A stretch of 64,000 bases of DNA. Origin: Escherichia coli (GTDB lineage: Bacteria > Pseudomonadota > Gammaproteobacteria > Enterobacterales > Enterobacteriaceae). This document shows, piece after piece, positions 12,503 to 22,874 of this stretch. Under the pieces are notes generated by a model that worked only from the letters and a program-made list of their open reading frames with translations, searched no databases and was not told the origin of the DNA. Numbering within the stretch: position 1 is the first letter of the stretch; the number at the start of each line of letters is the position of its first letter. The DNA lies in the NCBI RefSeq assembly GCF_024298765.1, contig NZ_CP101210.1. One strand, given 5' to 3'. The position numbers and the translations under genes are program-made.

Positions 12503-13159
12503 TTGATCAACGTTCTACTTGTTGATGACCACGAACTGGTGCGCGCAGGGATACGACGCATTCTGGAAGATATAAAGGGTATAAAAGTCGTCGGTGAGGC
12601 ATCGTGCGGTGAAGACGCCGTTAAGTGGTGCCGGACAAATGCCGTTGACGTGGTGCTAATGGACATGAGTATGCCGGGCATTGGCGGTCTTGAGGCGACG
12701 CGTAAAATCGCGCGTTCCACAGCTGATGTCAAAATCATCATGCTTACCGTCCATACAGAAAACCCTTTACCAGCGAAAGTCATGCAGGCCGGTGCTGCGG
12801 GCTACCTCAGCAAAGGCGCGGCTCCGCAGGAAGTCGTGAGTGCGATTCGTTCTGTCTATTCAGGGCAGCGTTACATTGCTTCTGACATCGCTCAACAAAT
12901 GGCGTTAAGCCAGATCGAACCAGAAAAAACAGAAAGCCCATTTGCCAGTTTGTCTGAACGTGAATTGCAGATTATGCTGATGATCACCAAGGGCCAGAAG
13001 GTCAATGAGATCTCAGAACAGCTCAATCTCAGTCCGAAAACGGTGAACAGCTACCGCTATCGTATGTTCAGTAAACTAAACATTCATGGCGATGTTGAGC
13101 TGACTCACCTGGCAATTCGCCATGGTCTGTGTAATGCGGAGACATTATCAAGTCAGTGA
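12503..13159 (+). CDS. uvrY: Response regulator UvrY (BarA partner)
   Basis: Receiver domain ([12 protein letters not shown]...D) plus LuxR-type HTH; TTG start; overlaps uvrC. Confidence 0.9.
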   Translation: MINVLLVDDHELVRAGIRRILEDIKGIKVVGEASCGEDAVKWCRTNAVDVVLMDMSMPGIGGLEATRKIARSTADVKIIMLTVHTENPLPAKVMQAGAAGYLSKGAAPQEVVSAIRSVYSGQRYIASDIAQQMALSQIEPEKTESPFASLSERELQIMLMITKGQKVNEISEQLNLSPKTVNSYRYRMFSKLNIHGDVELTHLAIRHGLCNAETLSSQ

Positions 13160-14988
13160 GTGATCAGTTTGACGCAAAAGCGTTTTTAAAAACCGTAACC
13201 AGCCAGCCAGGCGTTTATCGCATGTACGATGCTGGTGGTACGGTTATCTATGTCGGCAAAGCGAAAGACCTGAAAAAACGGCTTTCCAGCTATTTCCGTA
13301 GCAACCTCGCTTCGCGCAAAACCGAAGCGCTGGTCGCCCAGATCCAGCAAATTGATGTAACGGTTACTCATACAGAAACCGAAGCGCTGTTGCTGGAACA
13401 CAACTACATCAAACTCTATCAGCCGCGTTACAACGTTTTGCTACGCGATGATAAATCTTATCCCTTTATCTTCCTGAGTGGCGATACCCATCCGCGTCTG
13501 GCGATGCATCGTGGTGCGAAGCATGCTAAAGGTGAATATTTCGGCCCGTTCCCGAATGGCTATGCCGTACGTGAAACACTGGCGCTACTGCAAAAGATAT
13601 TCCCCATTCGCCAGTGCGAAAATAGTGTTTATCGCAATCGCTCGCGTCCGTGTCTGCAATATCAGATAGGGCGCTGTCTGGGACCGTGCGTTGAAGGACT
13701 GGTGAGTGAAGAAGAATACGCTCAGCAGGTCGAGTATGTGCGCCTGTTTTTGTCTGGCAAAGATGATCAGGTGCTTACGCAACTCATTAGTCGTATGGAA
13801 ACTGCCAGCCAGAATCTGGAGTTTGAAGAAGCGGCACGTATTCGCGACCAAATTCAGGCGGTGCGACGCGTCACCGAAAAACAGTTTGTGTCCAATACCG
13901 GCGACGACCTCGACGTTATTGGTGTGGCGTTCGATGCGGGCATGGCTTGTGTCCACGTATTGTTCATTCGTCAGGGTAAAGTGCTCGGCAGCCGCAGCTA
14001 TTTCCCGAAAGTGCCTGGCGGTACGGAACTGAGCGAGGTGGTGGAAACCTTCGTAGGTCAGTTCTATTTACAAGGCAGCCAGATGCGCACCTTACCGGGT
14101 GAGATCCTGCTCGATTTTAATCTTAGCGATAAAACGCTGCTCGCCGATTCCCTTTCAGAACTGGCGGGACGCAAGATTAATGTTCAAACCAAACCTCGCG
14201 GCGATCGGGCGCGTTATCTGAAACTCGCGCGCACCAATGCGGCGACGGCATTAACCAGCAAACTTTCGCAGCAATCTACCGTTCACCAGCGACTGACCGC
14301 GCTTGCCAGCGTGTTGAAATTGCCGGAAGTGAAGCGGATGGAATGCTTTGACATCAGCCATACCATGGGGGAACAAACCGTCGCTTCCTGTGTGGTGTTT
14401 GATGCTAACGGCCCGCTGCGTGCGGAGTATCGACGCTATAACATTACTGGCATCACGCCGGGCGATGATTATGCGGCGATGAATCAGGTGCTGCGTCGGC
14501 GTTATGGTAAAGCCATCGACGAGAGTAAGATCCCGGATGTGATCCTTATCGACGGCGGCAAAGGCCAACTTGCGCAGGCGAAAAATGTTTTCGCCGAACT
14601 GGATGTCTCATGGGATAAAAATCATCCGCTGCTACTAGGCGTTGCCAAAGGAGCAGATCGTAAGGCTGGGCTGGAAACGCTGTTCTTTGAGCCGGAAGGT
14701 GAGGGATTCAGTTTGCCGCCAGATTCTCCCGCACTGCATGTTATCCAGCATATTCGCGATGAATCACACGATCACGCGATTGGCGGGCACCGTAAAAAAC
14801 GGGCGAAGGTCAAAAATACCAGTTCCCTGGAAACCATTGAAGGCGTCGGGCCAAAACGTCGGCAAATGTTGTTGAAATATATGGGCGGTTTGCAAGGTTT
14901 ACGTAACGCCAGCGTCGAGGAAATTGCAAAAGTGCCGGGTATTTCGCAAGGTCTGGCAGAAAAGATCTTCTGGTCGTTGAAACATTGA
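13156..14988 (+). CDS. uvrC: Excinuclease ABC subunit C
   Basis: 610-aa ORF with GIY-YIG N-terminus ([24 protein letters not shown]) and C-terminal HhH. Confidence 0.9.
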   Translation: MSDQFDAKAFLKTVTSQPGVYRMYDAGGTVIYVGKAKDLKKRLSSYFRSNLASRKTEALVAQIQQIDVTVTHTETEALLLEHNYIKLYQPRYNVLLRDDKSYPFIFLSGDTHPRLAMHRGAKHAKGEYFGPFPNGYAVRETLALLQKIFPIRQCENSVYRNRSRPCLQYQIGRCLGPCVEGLVSEEEYAQQVEYVRLFLSGKDDQVLTQLISRMETASQNLEFEEAARIRDQIQAVRRVTEKQFVSNTGDDLDVIGVAFDAGMACVHVLFIRQGKVLGSRSYFPKVPGGTELSEVVETFVGQFYLQGSQMRTLPGEILLDFNLSDKTLLADSLSELAGRKINVQTKPRGDRARYLKLARTNAATALTSKLSQQSTVHQRLTALASVLKLPEVKRMECFDISHTMGEQTVASCVVFDANGPLRAEYRRYNITGITPGDDYAAMNQVLRRRYGKAIDESKIPDVILIDGGKGQLAQAKNVFAELDVSWDKNHPLLLGVAKGADRKAGLETLFFEPEGEGFSLPPDSPALHVIQHIRDESHDHAIGGHRKKRAKVKNTSSLETIEGVGPKRRQMLLKYMGGLQGLRNASVEEIAKVPGISQGLAEKIFWSLKH

Positions 14989-15044
14989 TGTCTCTGTAGC
15001 AACATAGGGGTAATCTTACTGACAACAGATAGTTACCCGTCATT

Positions 15045-15593
15045 ATGCAATTTAATATCCCTACGTTGCTTACACTGTTCCGTGTCATCCTTATCCCATT
15101 CTTTGTATTGGTCTTTTATCTGCCTGTCACCTGGTCGCCGTTTGCCGCCGCGCTCATTTTCTGCGTCGCGGCGGTGACTGACTGGTTCGATGGTTTTCTG
15201 GCACGCCGCTGGAACCAGAGTACCCGGTTTGGTGCTTTCCTTGACCCTGTAGCAGATAAAGTTCTCGTGGCTATCGCCATGGTGCTGGTAACCGAGCATT
15301 ATCACAGCTGGTGGGTGACCTTACCGGCAGCAACGATGATCGCCCGTGAAATTATTATTTCTGCGTTACGCGAATGGATGGCGGAGTTGGGTAAACGCAG
15401 TAGCGTGGCTGTCTCCTGGATTGGGAAAGTGAAAACCACTGCCCAGATGGTGGCGCTGGCCTGGCTGCTGTGGCGTCCGAACATTTGGGTTGAGTACGCC
15501 GGTATTGCACTTTTCTTTGTGGCTGCGGTACTGACTCTGTGGTCAATGTTGCAATATTTGAGCGCTGCGCGTGCAGATTTGCTTGATCAGTGA
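15045..15593 (+). CDS. pgsA: CDP-diacylglycerol-glycerol-3-phosphate 3-phosphatidyltransferase
   Basis: 182-aa membrane protein with CDP-alcohol phosphotransferase motif (DG...AR...G...LD...DK). Confidence 0.9.
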
Positions 15594-15744
15594 TCGTTTC
15601 GGCGCAATTTTCAGCAAACGATCAAAAGTGGTGAAAAATATCGTTGACTCATCGCGCCAGGTAAGTAGAATGCAACGCATCGAACGGCGGCACTGATTGC
15701 CAGACGATAATAAAATCAAGTGATTAACTGATTGCTTGATGAAT

Positions 15745-15820
<76 letters not shown>

Positions 15821-15874
15821 GTTTAAAAGACATCGGCGTCAAGCGGATGTCTGGCTGAAAGGCCTGAAGAATTT

Positions 15875-15948
15875 GGCGCGTTAACAAAGCGGTTATGTAG
15901 CGGATTGCAAATCCGTCTAGTCCGGTTCGACTCCGGAACGCGCCTCCA
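15875..15948 (+). tRNA. cysT: tRNA-Cys (GCA)
   Basis: 74-nt sequence ggcgcgttaacaaagcggtt...cgcctcca; anticodon loop attGCAaat. Confidence 0.9.
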
Positions 15949-15960
15949 CTTTCTTCCCGA

Positions 15961-16047
15961 GCCCGGATGGTGGAATCGGTAGACACAAGGGATTTAAAAT
16001 CCCTCGGCGTTCGCGCTGTGCGGGTTCAAGTCCCGCTCCGGGTACCA
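15961..16047 (+). tRNA. leuZ: tRNA-Leu, long variable arm; integration target of the prophage
   Basis: 87-nt sequence gcccggatggtggaatcggtagac...tccgggtacca; its 3' half is duplicated at 53405-53459. Confidence 0.9.
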
Positions 16048-16116
16048 TGGGAAAGATAAGAATAAAATCAAAGCAATAAGCAGTGTCGTGAAACCACCTT
16101 CGGGTGGTTTTTTTGT
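15993..16116 (+). repeat. attL: 124-bp direct repeat (3' half of leuZ plus downstream terminator)
   Basis: Identical by eye to 53405-53528; includes the leuZ terminator hairpin gaaaccaccttcgggtggttttttt. Confidence 0.85.
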
Positions 16117-16588
16117 ATTTGTATTTTGAGCAATGGCGGTAGAGTGGCGGTGGTGTGGCGATATGCAGAAACAATAATGGTGGTGCACGTGCTGTTTAAG
16201 CTCTAAGGATGAAGCAGAATTCTCCTGCAGCTCCTCCGTATTTCGCATAGTGAACCAAGACTTCGGTTAAACAAAATTTTTCTGGGATTTTTCCACTCGA
16301 CTTCATTTTTCCTCCAGTCATCCACCAAAGGTACCTGCGCTAATCTATCTTTTTTAATCTGACAACATCCTGAGAAAAGGCAAATTCGTCAGATTTACTG
16401 TTTTTTCTGCTGCTTCGAATGCCGATGTCTGCAGTACTGATAAGAGCTCTATCTCTTTGATATAGATCTTTTTTTTGATGAATTGCTCGACATATTATCG
16501 TTATGACACCTTCTTGTTAAAGGTGTTGTACTCCACATCTCGATTTTATGATGTGGGTTATGATTGGTTAGTAATAGAGTGTATCGGT

Positions 16589-16870
16589 ATGCGATGTGGT
16601 TTATTAATGGCAATATGCTTTTGTTTGGTATCTTTTAGTGGGTATGCAGCAACAGGAAAGTCTGATGTTCAGATCAAGAAAGAAATAATTAAAGAATCCA
16701 TTGAATCATATCCAGGCAATTGTGCGTGTCCTTATAATCATGCAAGGAATGGTAGTAGGTGTGGTGGACGCAGTGCATATAGCCGTACTGGAGGGTATGA
16801 TGTGGTATGTTATGAGAGTGATGTTACTGATGAAATGATCCGGCAATGGAAGCAGGAGAATGCTGATTAA
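16589..16870 (+). CDS. Hypothetical secreted cysteine-rich small protein (prophage moron)
   Basis: Signal peptide MRCGLLMAICFCLVSFSGYA followed by a Cys-rich mature region (GNCACPYNH...RCGG...VVCYESD); AT-rich. ORF finder extends it to 16475. Confidence 0.4.
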   Translation: MRCGLLMAICFCLVSFSGYAATGKSDVQIKKEIIKESIESYPGNCACPYNHARNGSRCGGRSAYSRTGGYDVVCYESDVTDEMIRQWKQENAD

Positions 16871-17061
16871 TTACTTTTGACTGGTTTGTTTTGCGAGCAT
16901 TATGTGTGTTGTTAACGGTACCCTAGCTAAGTGAGAGTTCCAAAATAAAACCCGCAGTTTTTACGCTGCGGGTTTTATTGTTTCTGTCGATGGGATAGGG
17001 TGCCACTTCGGCCAGCCTTGGCAACCGATTGACGGGGGATTACTCCCCCGTCGCGGTTTCC

Positions 17062-17202
17062 TTACTGCTTACACTGTAAGAACGCCGCAAACTCCGCTCC
17101 CCAGAAGCTCATCCGTATTTCACACAGCGAACCGTGCAGCATCCAGATGATGAGGATTACCGTCACGCAGAACGTGATGGCCGTAAGCGATTTTTGCGAC
17201 AT
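17062..17202 (-). CDS. Hok/Gef-family type I toxin-like small membrane peptide
   Basis: 46-aa translation MSQKSLTAITFCVTVILIIWMLHGSLCEIRMSFWGAEFAAFLQCKQ: TM helix followed by SLCEIR and E(F/V)AAF, the Hok family pattern. Confidence 0.55.
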   Translation of the reverse strand: MSQKSLTAITFCVTVILIIWMLHGSLCEIRMSFWGAEFAAFLQCKQ

Positions 17203-17383
17203 AGCGCTTGCTCCTTTTTAGGGGAGGCGCTAACCTATCACTTGCTAAGGTTAGATGGTTAGGGCCTCGGTTAAACAGAGATGTTTTCCGGGGCCTTTCC
17301 ACATCTGGCCTTCGGGCATACCCTCCGACCATCAGCCGAAAGGCACCCGCGCGTAATCTATCGTTTTTTTGTTGCTTCGGCAA
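17120..17383 (-). CDS. Mok-like overlapping reading frame (translational coupling frame for the hok-like gene)
   Basis: 87-aa ORF overlapping the hok-like gene in another frame, as in hok/mok/sok loci. Confidence 0.3.
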   Translation of the reverse strand: MPKQQKNDRLRAGAFRLMVGGYARRPDVERPRKTSLFNRGPNHLTLASDRLAPPLKRSKRYVAKIAYGHHVLRDGNPHHLDAARFAV

Positions 17384-17392
17384 TTCTGCTCG

Positions 17393-17653
17393 TTAATTCT
17401 GAGGTAAAGGCAAACTCATCTGATTGTTTCCCCTGTGTGACGTTGGCAGTTCATGCCACGGGATACCTTCTGAAGATCGAACGCCTGAGGTGTGTTTCGA
17501 TGTGAATTTATGGAAAGCTTCCAGTGTTGAGAAGCATACGCCGCATTCCAGGTTGTTACACTGGTAATACTTTTGTCGGACGGTGTTTGAATCATTTTCC
17601 GGACGACTTGTGCGGATACGGGCAGATGCGCCACAAAGCGGACAACGGAACAT
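17393..17653 (-). CDS. ogr: Ogr/Delta-family zinc-finger late-gene transcription activator
   Basis: MFRCPLCGASARIRTSRP...YYQCNNLECGVCFSTLE: Cys4 pattern and N-terminus resemble P2 Ogr. Confidence 0.8.
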   Translation of the reverse strand: MFRCPLCGASARIRTSRPENDSNTVRQKYYQCNNLECGVCFSTLEAFHKFTSKHTSGVRSSEGIPWHELPTSHRGNNQMSLPLPQN

Positions 17654-17896
17654 AGCAACCTCCCTTTAGGTGGTGCTATTCTAAACTTCATCAATGCAGA
17701 TTCCAACTCCTTCCCACTTTAAGCGAAGGATGGTGATAAAGTCAGAATATGTTAGATGAAGTCTAAACGGGCGATAAGTTTTCCAATATTTGAATAACAA
17801 CGTGGCAGGATTTTTGTTTATCAATTATCTTACACTTTTAAGTGTAATAAATTTGTTAGTGATGACAATATTGTGAGAGGAGATTATCAATTGAAG

Positions 17897-19360
17897 ATGG
17901 CAAAAAATAACAATGATAAAATGCGGGCAAAGTATAGGCCGTTCATAAATATATGGGAACATCTTCCTTCTGAGTTCAATGAACTCATCAAGACGTTAAT
18001 GGTGCTGATACGGCAAGGGGAAAATGTGGGAGCTCAGCAAAGGGAGCTTGATTCCATCGAAAACTTCAAACACCTGTTAAGTGGATGGAAGCGGGCGCAA
18101 AGGATCATAGCTGATGAACTCATTATCAGGCTTTCTCAAATCAAGGATCTGGAGTTAGAAAAGAATTGTGCCCATTCAAAAAAGGACTATGAAACAAAGA
18201 AGAAGTGTATACGCAATATTGAAAGGACTAGACTAGAAATTAGGATTTTACGTAGGTGCATTGATTCAATTGTATGGGCGATATTCCGCAATGAACACTC
18301 GTCTATAAGACGGTTACCTATAAATAGAAATACTGACAATCTGACAATATTTAATATACATGATTCAATGGTGGTAGCAGATGAAATCAATGCTGATCCG
18401 ATGGCTATAGCTGTTATCACTGATATTACTACGTTTGTACATACTGGTGATTTACTTGCGTTAATACCTCAGCAAGGCATAACTTTAATTGAAATAAAAA
18501 GTGGTAAGAAAAATATAGAGTTTTCAAAGGCGGCTATGTTCTCAGTGCAAAGTAAATGTCTTCATTTTGATGAGATTTATAGAAAAGACCTTGATAAAAA
18601 TGACTTGAAACACTATGACAGAGCTAAGCGTCAACTTAAAAGAGCTCAAAATGTGATAGATGTCATTGAAACTGGTAAGGGATTTGATAACTTTTTTCAG
18701 TCTCAAGTAACAATTCATGACAGAGATTTTTGTCCCGATTTTTATACAGATAAGATTATTGAGCTTTGGTATGAGATATATAACGGTAAAACTTGGGCGA
18801 TTACTGACATTAATGATTGTTTATTCCTTGGGGCATATATTAATTCTAATATGGGTTTTTGCGGTTTTAATGGATGGATGGAGGTATCTAGAATATCGGG
18901 GAGAGTGTTTAATATTCTTGATAGCTTTTCAGATGCTTTATCACGTCCATTTTTTAGTTTGAACCTACCTGATAAATTGCTTCTGGATATCATTAATGGC
19001 AATCTAATTGTTGTGCTGTGTTTCGATCATCGTCGTTTCGTAGAAAGAGCAAATAAAAAATACCCCGGGATTTATGAGTTATTGGACTTTCCATCTCCGA
19101 AGATTAATCCTATGAGTATGCTTTCCATCAATGGGAAGGGGGTAGTTTCTAGTGTTGATGGACAGAGTGTTTTTATTGGAAATGGTTACGAAACACGGAT
19201 TATTTTTGATCAGCAATATCCAGATAGTCTGATTAAGTGGTCATACCATATGAGTGATCTCAAAAAAAATATTGATAAAAAAAAGCGTAAAATGAAAAAG
19301 GAAACGCAAAGAAAAATAAAAGAGAAAAGAAAACGTAGCAGAAAACAATGCTTAAACTAA
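17897..19360 (+). CDS. Hypothetical 487-aa protein, AT-rich orphan moron between ogr and gpD (candidate accessory or defence gene)
   Basis: Long ORF in a very AT-rich island; RBS GAGAGGA upstream of ATG 17897 (ORF finder starts at GTG 17873); possible PD-(D/E)xK-like motif GD...EIK; Lys/Arg-rich C-terminus. Confidence 0.55.
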   Translation: MAKNNNDKMRAKYRPFINIWEHLPSEFNELIKTLMVLIRQGENVGAQQRELDSIENFKHLLSGWKRAQRIIADELIIRLSQIKDLELEKNCAHSKKDYETKKKCIRNIERTRLEIRILRRCIDSIVWAIFRNEHSSIRRLPINRNTDNLTIFNIHDSMVVADEINADPMAIAVITDITTFVHTGDLLALIPQQGITLIEIKSGKKNIEFSKAAMFSVQSKCLHFDEIYRKDLDKNDLKHYDRAKRQLKRAQNVIDVIETGKGFDNFFQSQVTIHDRDFCPDFYTDKIIELWYEIYNGKTWAITDINDCLFLGAYINSNMGFCGFNGWMEVSRISGRVFNILDSFSDALSRPFFSLNLPDKLLLDIINGNLIVVLCFDHRRFVERANKKYPGIYELLDFPSPKINPMSMLSINGKGVVSSVDGQSVFIGNGYETRIIFDQQYPDSLIKWSYHMSDLKKNIDKKKRKMKKETQRKIKEKRKRSRKQCLN

Positions 19361-19490
19361 CACATCTAATGCTTTAATTTGCTTTACTGTTACAATGTCC
19401 GCTTACTGGTACAGGGCGGACTGCCATATTAGATTTGGTTCTATCTCGTAAGAGTGGCCGTTCAGGTCTGCACTAATACATCTGAATGGT

Positions 19491-20600
19491 TCACTCTGTT
19501 TCTGCTATCCATTCCGGGATTTTTGCTTCAAGCTCAAGCTGAGTGGTAAAGCCGCTGTTATCAATGGTGTGCTCGGCTTTTGCAATAATCCAGTCCTGAT
19601 TATCAATCTCGCTTTTAAATCCTGTTACCGTGCCATGCATTTCGGGGAAGAGTTCTGCGCGTCCGCGTGCCAGTGTGATGGAGAATGATGCGGCTCCGCG
19701 TTGTAGTTGTTGCCACTTTGCCGCCGCTGCGCGTCTTGCTGCCTGCTCGTTCTGATAAGTCTTGCGTAACACAAACACATTGCCTTCCGCGCCTTCCATA
19801 TAATCACCTTCACGGCTGCTGCTTTTCTCTTTTTTCGGTTTTGGCGGTTTGCGGCGTTTCACGCTGACTTTTTTCTTTTTCCCGTAATTAAGATCAAGCC
19901 AGTAAGCGCGTACCCCCGTATACGCCTCGCGGTCAGCAATGCGGAACTGATGGCGATCGCCGCTGCTGCGTGTGATGGCGAACGATGGCAACGGCTGGCC
20001 CTGTGCGTTCACGCCACCGCCGGGCATGATGAATAACAGATTACCGCTTTTTACCGTGGTGATTGCGCCCAGCATTTCCGCCATGCGCGTAAGGAAGGAC
20101 ATGTCACTTTCTTCGGTCTGGTCGGCGTGGTCGATTTCGATATGCATCAGCATTTCGCTGATTTGCGGTTTCAGACCGTACCGATGAGCGATGGCGGATA
20201 CCACACGCTCAACGGTCACATCATGCCAGGACACCTCACGTTTAACGTTAAATTCATCCCGAAAATCTGCGCTTCTGGCTGAAACAGTCAGCCTGTCCGG
20301 CGGTCCTTCGTGTGCGATTTCATCGACAATGTAAGAGCCTTTTTCTGTCAGCGGTTCGCCTTTCCAGCCAATGAGAACCGTCAGGCGCGCGCCCCGTGGC
20401 GGTAGCCGCAACTGACCATCCGCATCATCCAGCGTGATGGTGAGCTGGTCTGCCTCAAATCCCCGGTTGTCGGTCAGCGACAGGCTCATCAGGCGCTCTG
20501 CCACGCCGGACAGCGTTTTACCCTCCGCGAGAATATCAAAATCCGGCATTTTTACGGGGTCTGTGCCCTGACTGAGCAATTGCATGGTGGTGTCGGTCAT
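19491..20600 (-). CDS. Tail protein gpD (P2 D homologue)
   Basis: Start at MTDTTMQLL with a GGGAGGG RBS; the ORF finder extends it to 20732. Confidence 0.8.
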   Translation of the reverse strand: MTDTTMQLLSQGTDPVKMPDFDILAEGKTLSGVAERLMSLSLTDNRGFEADQLTITLDDADGQLRLPPRGARLTVLIGWKGEPLTEKGSYIVDEIAHEGPPDRLTVSARSADFRDEFNVKREVSWHDVTVERVVSAIAHRYGLKPQISEMLMHIEIDHADQTEESDMSFLTRMAEMLGAITTVKSGNLLFIMPGGGVNAQGQPLPSFAITRSSGDRHQFRIADREAYTGVRAYWLDLNYGKKKKVSVKRRKPPKPKKEKSSSREGDYMEGAEGNVFVLRKTYQNEQAARRAAAAKWQQLQRGAASFSITLARGRAELFPEMHGTVTGFKSEIDNQDWIIAKAEHTIDNSGFTTQLELEAKIPEWIAETE

Positions 20601-20757
20601 CTGTTCCCTCCCTGTGCGGCATGGTCGCATGTGCGTGCGGCGGGGGTTACTGCTTTTTGTTGTCGCCGGGTCGGGAGAACGGCGCAGGGGTGAGATTACG
20701 CGCGTGGTGGGTGATGATTGTTGCCGAATCATTTAACGGATACAAGGGGCTGAAGCT

Positions 20758-21942
20758 ATGAGTGAAACTCGTTTTCATGGTGCCCGTGTTACGGAAAATA
20801 CCGACCTGGTAACAGCGATTAACGATGTTGATTCCAGCGTTATCGGTATCGTGGCAACGGCGGATGATGCGGACGCGAAGCTGTTCCCGCTGAACAAGCC
20901 CACACTGCTGACCCGCGTCAATGACGTGCTGGGAAAATGCGGGACAACGGGGACGCTTTATCGTGCGCTTAAGGCCATCGCAGACCAGGTGAGCACAAAG
21001 GTGATCGTCGTTCGCGTGGCTGAACACAAAGAAGAAGACGGAAAGACGCAGGATCAACTGGTTATCGGTGGTTCTGAGGATGACGGCAGCTATACGGGGA
21101 TGTATGCGCTGCTTGTTGCAGAGCAGGATGAAAGCATCGGATACCGTCCGCGTATTCTGGCCGCGCCGGAGCTGGACACGGAGGCGGTAACAAAATCCCT
21201 GTGCGTGATTGCGGGTAAACTGCGCGCGTTTGTGTATGCCTCATGTCACGGCTGTAACACGATGGCTGAGGCGATTACCTACCGCCAGAAATTCAACGAA
21301 CGTGAGGTGATGCTTTTATGGCCGGACTTCATCGCCTACAACCCGAAAAGTGGCAAAAACGAAACGTTCCCCGCGCCTGCCTATGCGTGCGGCCTTCGTG
21401 CGTACATTGACCATGAGCAGGGCTGGCACAAATCGCTGTCCAACGTTCCTGTTAAAAATGTGCTGGGAATGTCCAGGCATGTGTTCTGGTCGTTGCAGGC
21501 CGAAGACAGTGATGCCAACAGCCTCAACAACAAAGAAATCACGACCATTATTCGTCGCAACGGGTTCCGCTTCTGGGGCAACCGCACACCGGAAACGAAC
21601 GCCTACATCTTTGAGGTGTATACCCGAACCGCACAGGTGCTGGCTGATTCAATTGCGGAAGCGCAGTTTGAAACCATCGACAGTCCACTGACGCCTGCGA
21701 ACGTGAAGGATGTTATCAGTGCCATCAGGGCAAAACTGGATTCACTGGTTACTGCCGGGAAACTGATTGGCGCGGAGTGCTGGTATGACGTGGTGGATAA
21801 CAGCACCACGGATTTACGTCAGGGGCGTGTGCGTATTCGCTACAAATATACGCCTGTTCCGCCACTGGAAGACATGGAGCTTTACCAGACGTTTACTGAT
21901 GAATACTTTGAACCTGCATTTGCGGTGCTGGGAGGTGCCTGA
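20758..21942 (+). CDS. Contractile tail sheath protein (P2 FI homologue)
   Basis: 394 aa with conserved sheath motifs (RILAAPELDT, WPDF, IRRNGFRFWGNRT, YTPVPPLE). Confidence 0.9.
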   Translation: MSETRFHGARVTENTDLVTAINDVDSSVIGIVATADDADAKLFPLNKPTLLTRVNDVLGKCGTTGTLYRALKAIADQVSTKVIVVRVAEHKEEDGKTQDQLVIGGSEDDGSYTGMYALLVAEQDESIGYRPRILAAPELDTEAVTKSLCVIAGKLRAFVYASCHGCNTMAEAITYRQKFNEREVMLLWPDFIAYNPKSGKNETFPAPAYACGLRAYIDHEQGWHKSLSNVPVKNVLGMSRHVFWSLQAEDSDANSLNNKEITTIIRRNGFRFWGNRTPETNAYIFEVYTRTAQVLADSIAEAQFETIDSPLTPANVKDVISAIRAKLDSLVTAGKLIGAECWYDVVDNSTTDLRQGRVRIRYKYTPVPPLEDMELYQTFTDEYFEPAFAVLGGA

Positions 21943-22454
21943 TGGCTGTGCCAAAACATCTTCGCTTTTTTACGCTGTTTGTGGATGGTGAAAACGAAGT
22001 GGGTAAGGTGACGTCCGTCACTCTGCCTAAGCTGACGCGCAAAACCGACAGCTACCGGGGGGGTGGCATGATGGGTGCGGTAAGTATTGATCTCGGTCTG
22101 GACGACTCCGCGCTTGATGCGAGCTTTGTCATGGGGGGCGCAGTTCGTGAGCTGTTCCTGAAGTATGGCGGCACGATTGACGGCACGCTACTGCGTTTTG
22201 CGGGTGAATACTACACCGATGCAGAAAGCGACCTGTATGAAGTCGAAATGCGCGGACGTGTGACGGAAATTGATATGGGGGAAGCCAAACAGGGCGAAGC
22301 CACATCACACACTTACGCCATTAAAAACACCTACTACAAGCTGAGTGTTAACGATCGCCCGTTGTGGGAGATTGATCTGCTGAACTTCATTTACCGGAAG
22401 GACGGCAAGGACATTGTGCCCGATCGCATCCGTTCCGCGCTTGGGCTTGGCTGA
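21942..22454 (+). CDS. Tail tube protein (P2 FII homologue)
   Basis: 170 aa immediately after the sheath gene with an ATGA overlap. Confidence 0.85.
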   Translation: MAVPKHLRFFTLFVDGENEVGKVTSVTLPKLTRKTDSYRGGGMMGAVSIDLGLDDSALDASFVMGGAVRELFLKYGGTIDGTLLRFAGEYYTDAESDLYEVEMRGRVTEIDMGEAKQGEATSHTYAIKNTYYKLSVNDRPLWEIDLLNFIYRKDGKDIVPDRIRSALGLG

Positions 22455-22508
22455 TAAGTAATATGCAGGCGGCGCAGTGCGTCGCCTCTGACTGAAAGGA
22501 GTTTCCTG

Positions 22509-22874
22509 ATGAAAGAGACGAAAAACATCGATACCGAAAACACGGTAGTTACTGACACTGTGAAAGAAACCAGTGAGCGTGGCGTAAAACTTACCCAACC
22601 AATTGAGCGAGGCGGCGAAAAAATCACGTATGTGGATATCACCGGGGCTATTGAGCAGGCTGGATCTCTGCGAGATTTGTCGCTGTCTGATGTGCTGAAT
22701 CTGAAAGCGGAATCCATGTTTACGCTGCTGTCACGCGTGACATCACCGCGACTGGATGAAGTGACGATCAAAAAAATGGCATCCCGTGACTTTATTCAGT
22801 TATGTGTGGTTGCCGTAAATTTTTTGAGCGGTGCGGACTCTGGCGGGAAGAACGAACAGGCGACGGAAGCCTGA
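22509..22874 (+). CDS. Tail assembly chaperone gpE
   Basis: Small ORF between tube and tape measure containing the T6G slippery site. Confidence 0.7.
   Translation: MKETKNIDTENTVVTDTVKETSERGVKLTQPIERGGEKITYVDITGAIEQAGSLRDLSLSDVLNLKAESMFTLLSRVTSPRLDEVTIKKMASRDFIQLCVVAVNFLSGADSGGKNEQATEA
22820..22826 (+). other. Programmed -1 ribosomal frameshift slippery heptamer TTTTTTG (E to E+E')
   Basis: TTTTTTG inside gpE; the -1 frame continues as FFERCGLW... to 23038. Confidence 0.5.

Noticed and set aside
20601-20757. Ogr-dependent late promoter (TGT-N12-ACA dyad) in the D/FI intergenic region, and likewise at 39530-39650
   Set aside because: No exact TGT-N12-ACA match found by eye; late promoters are probably present but not locatable with confidence.
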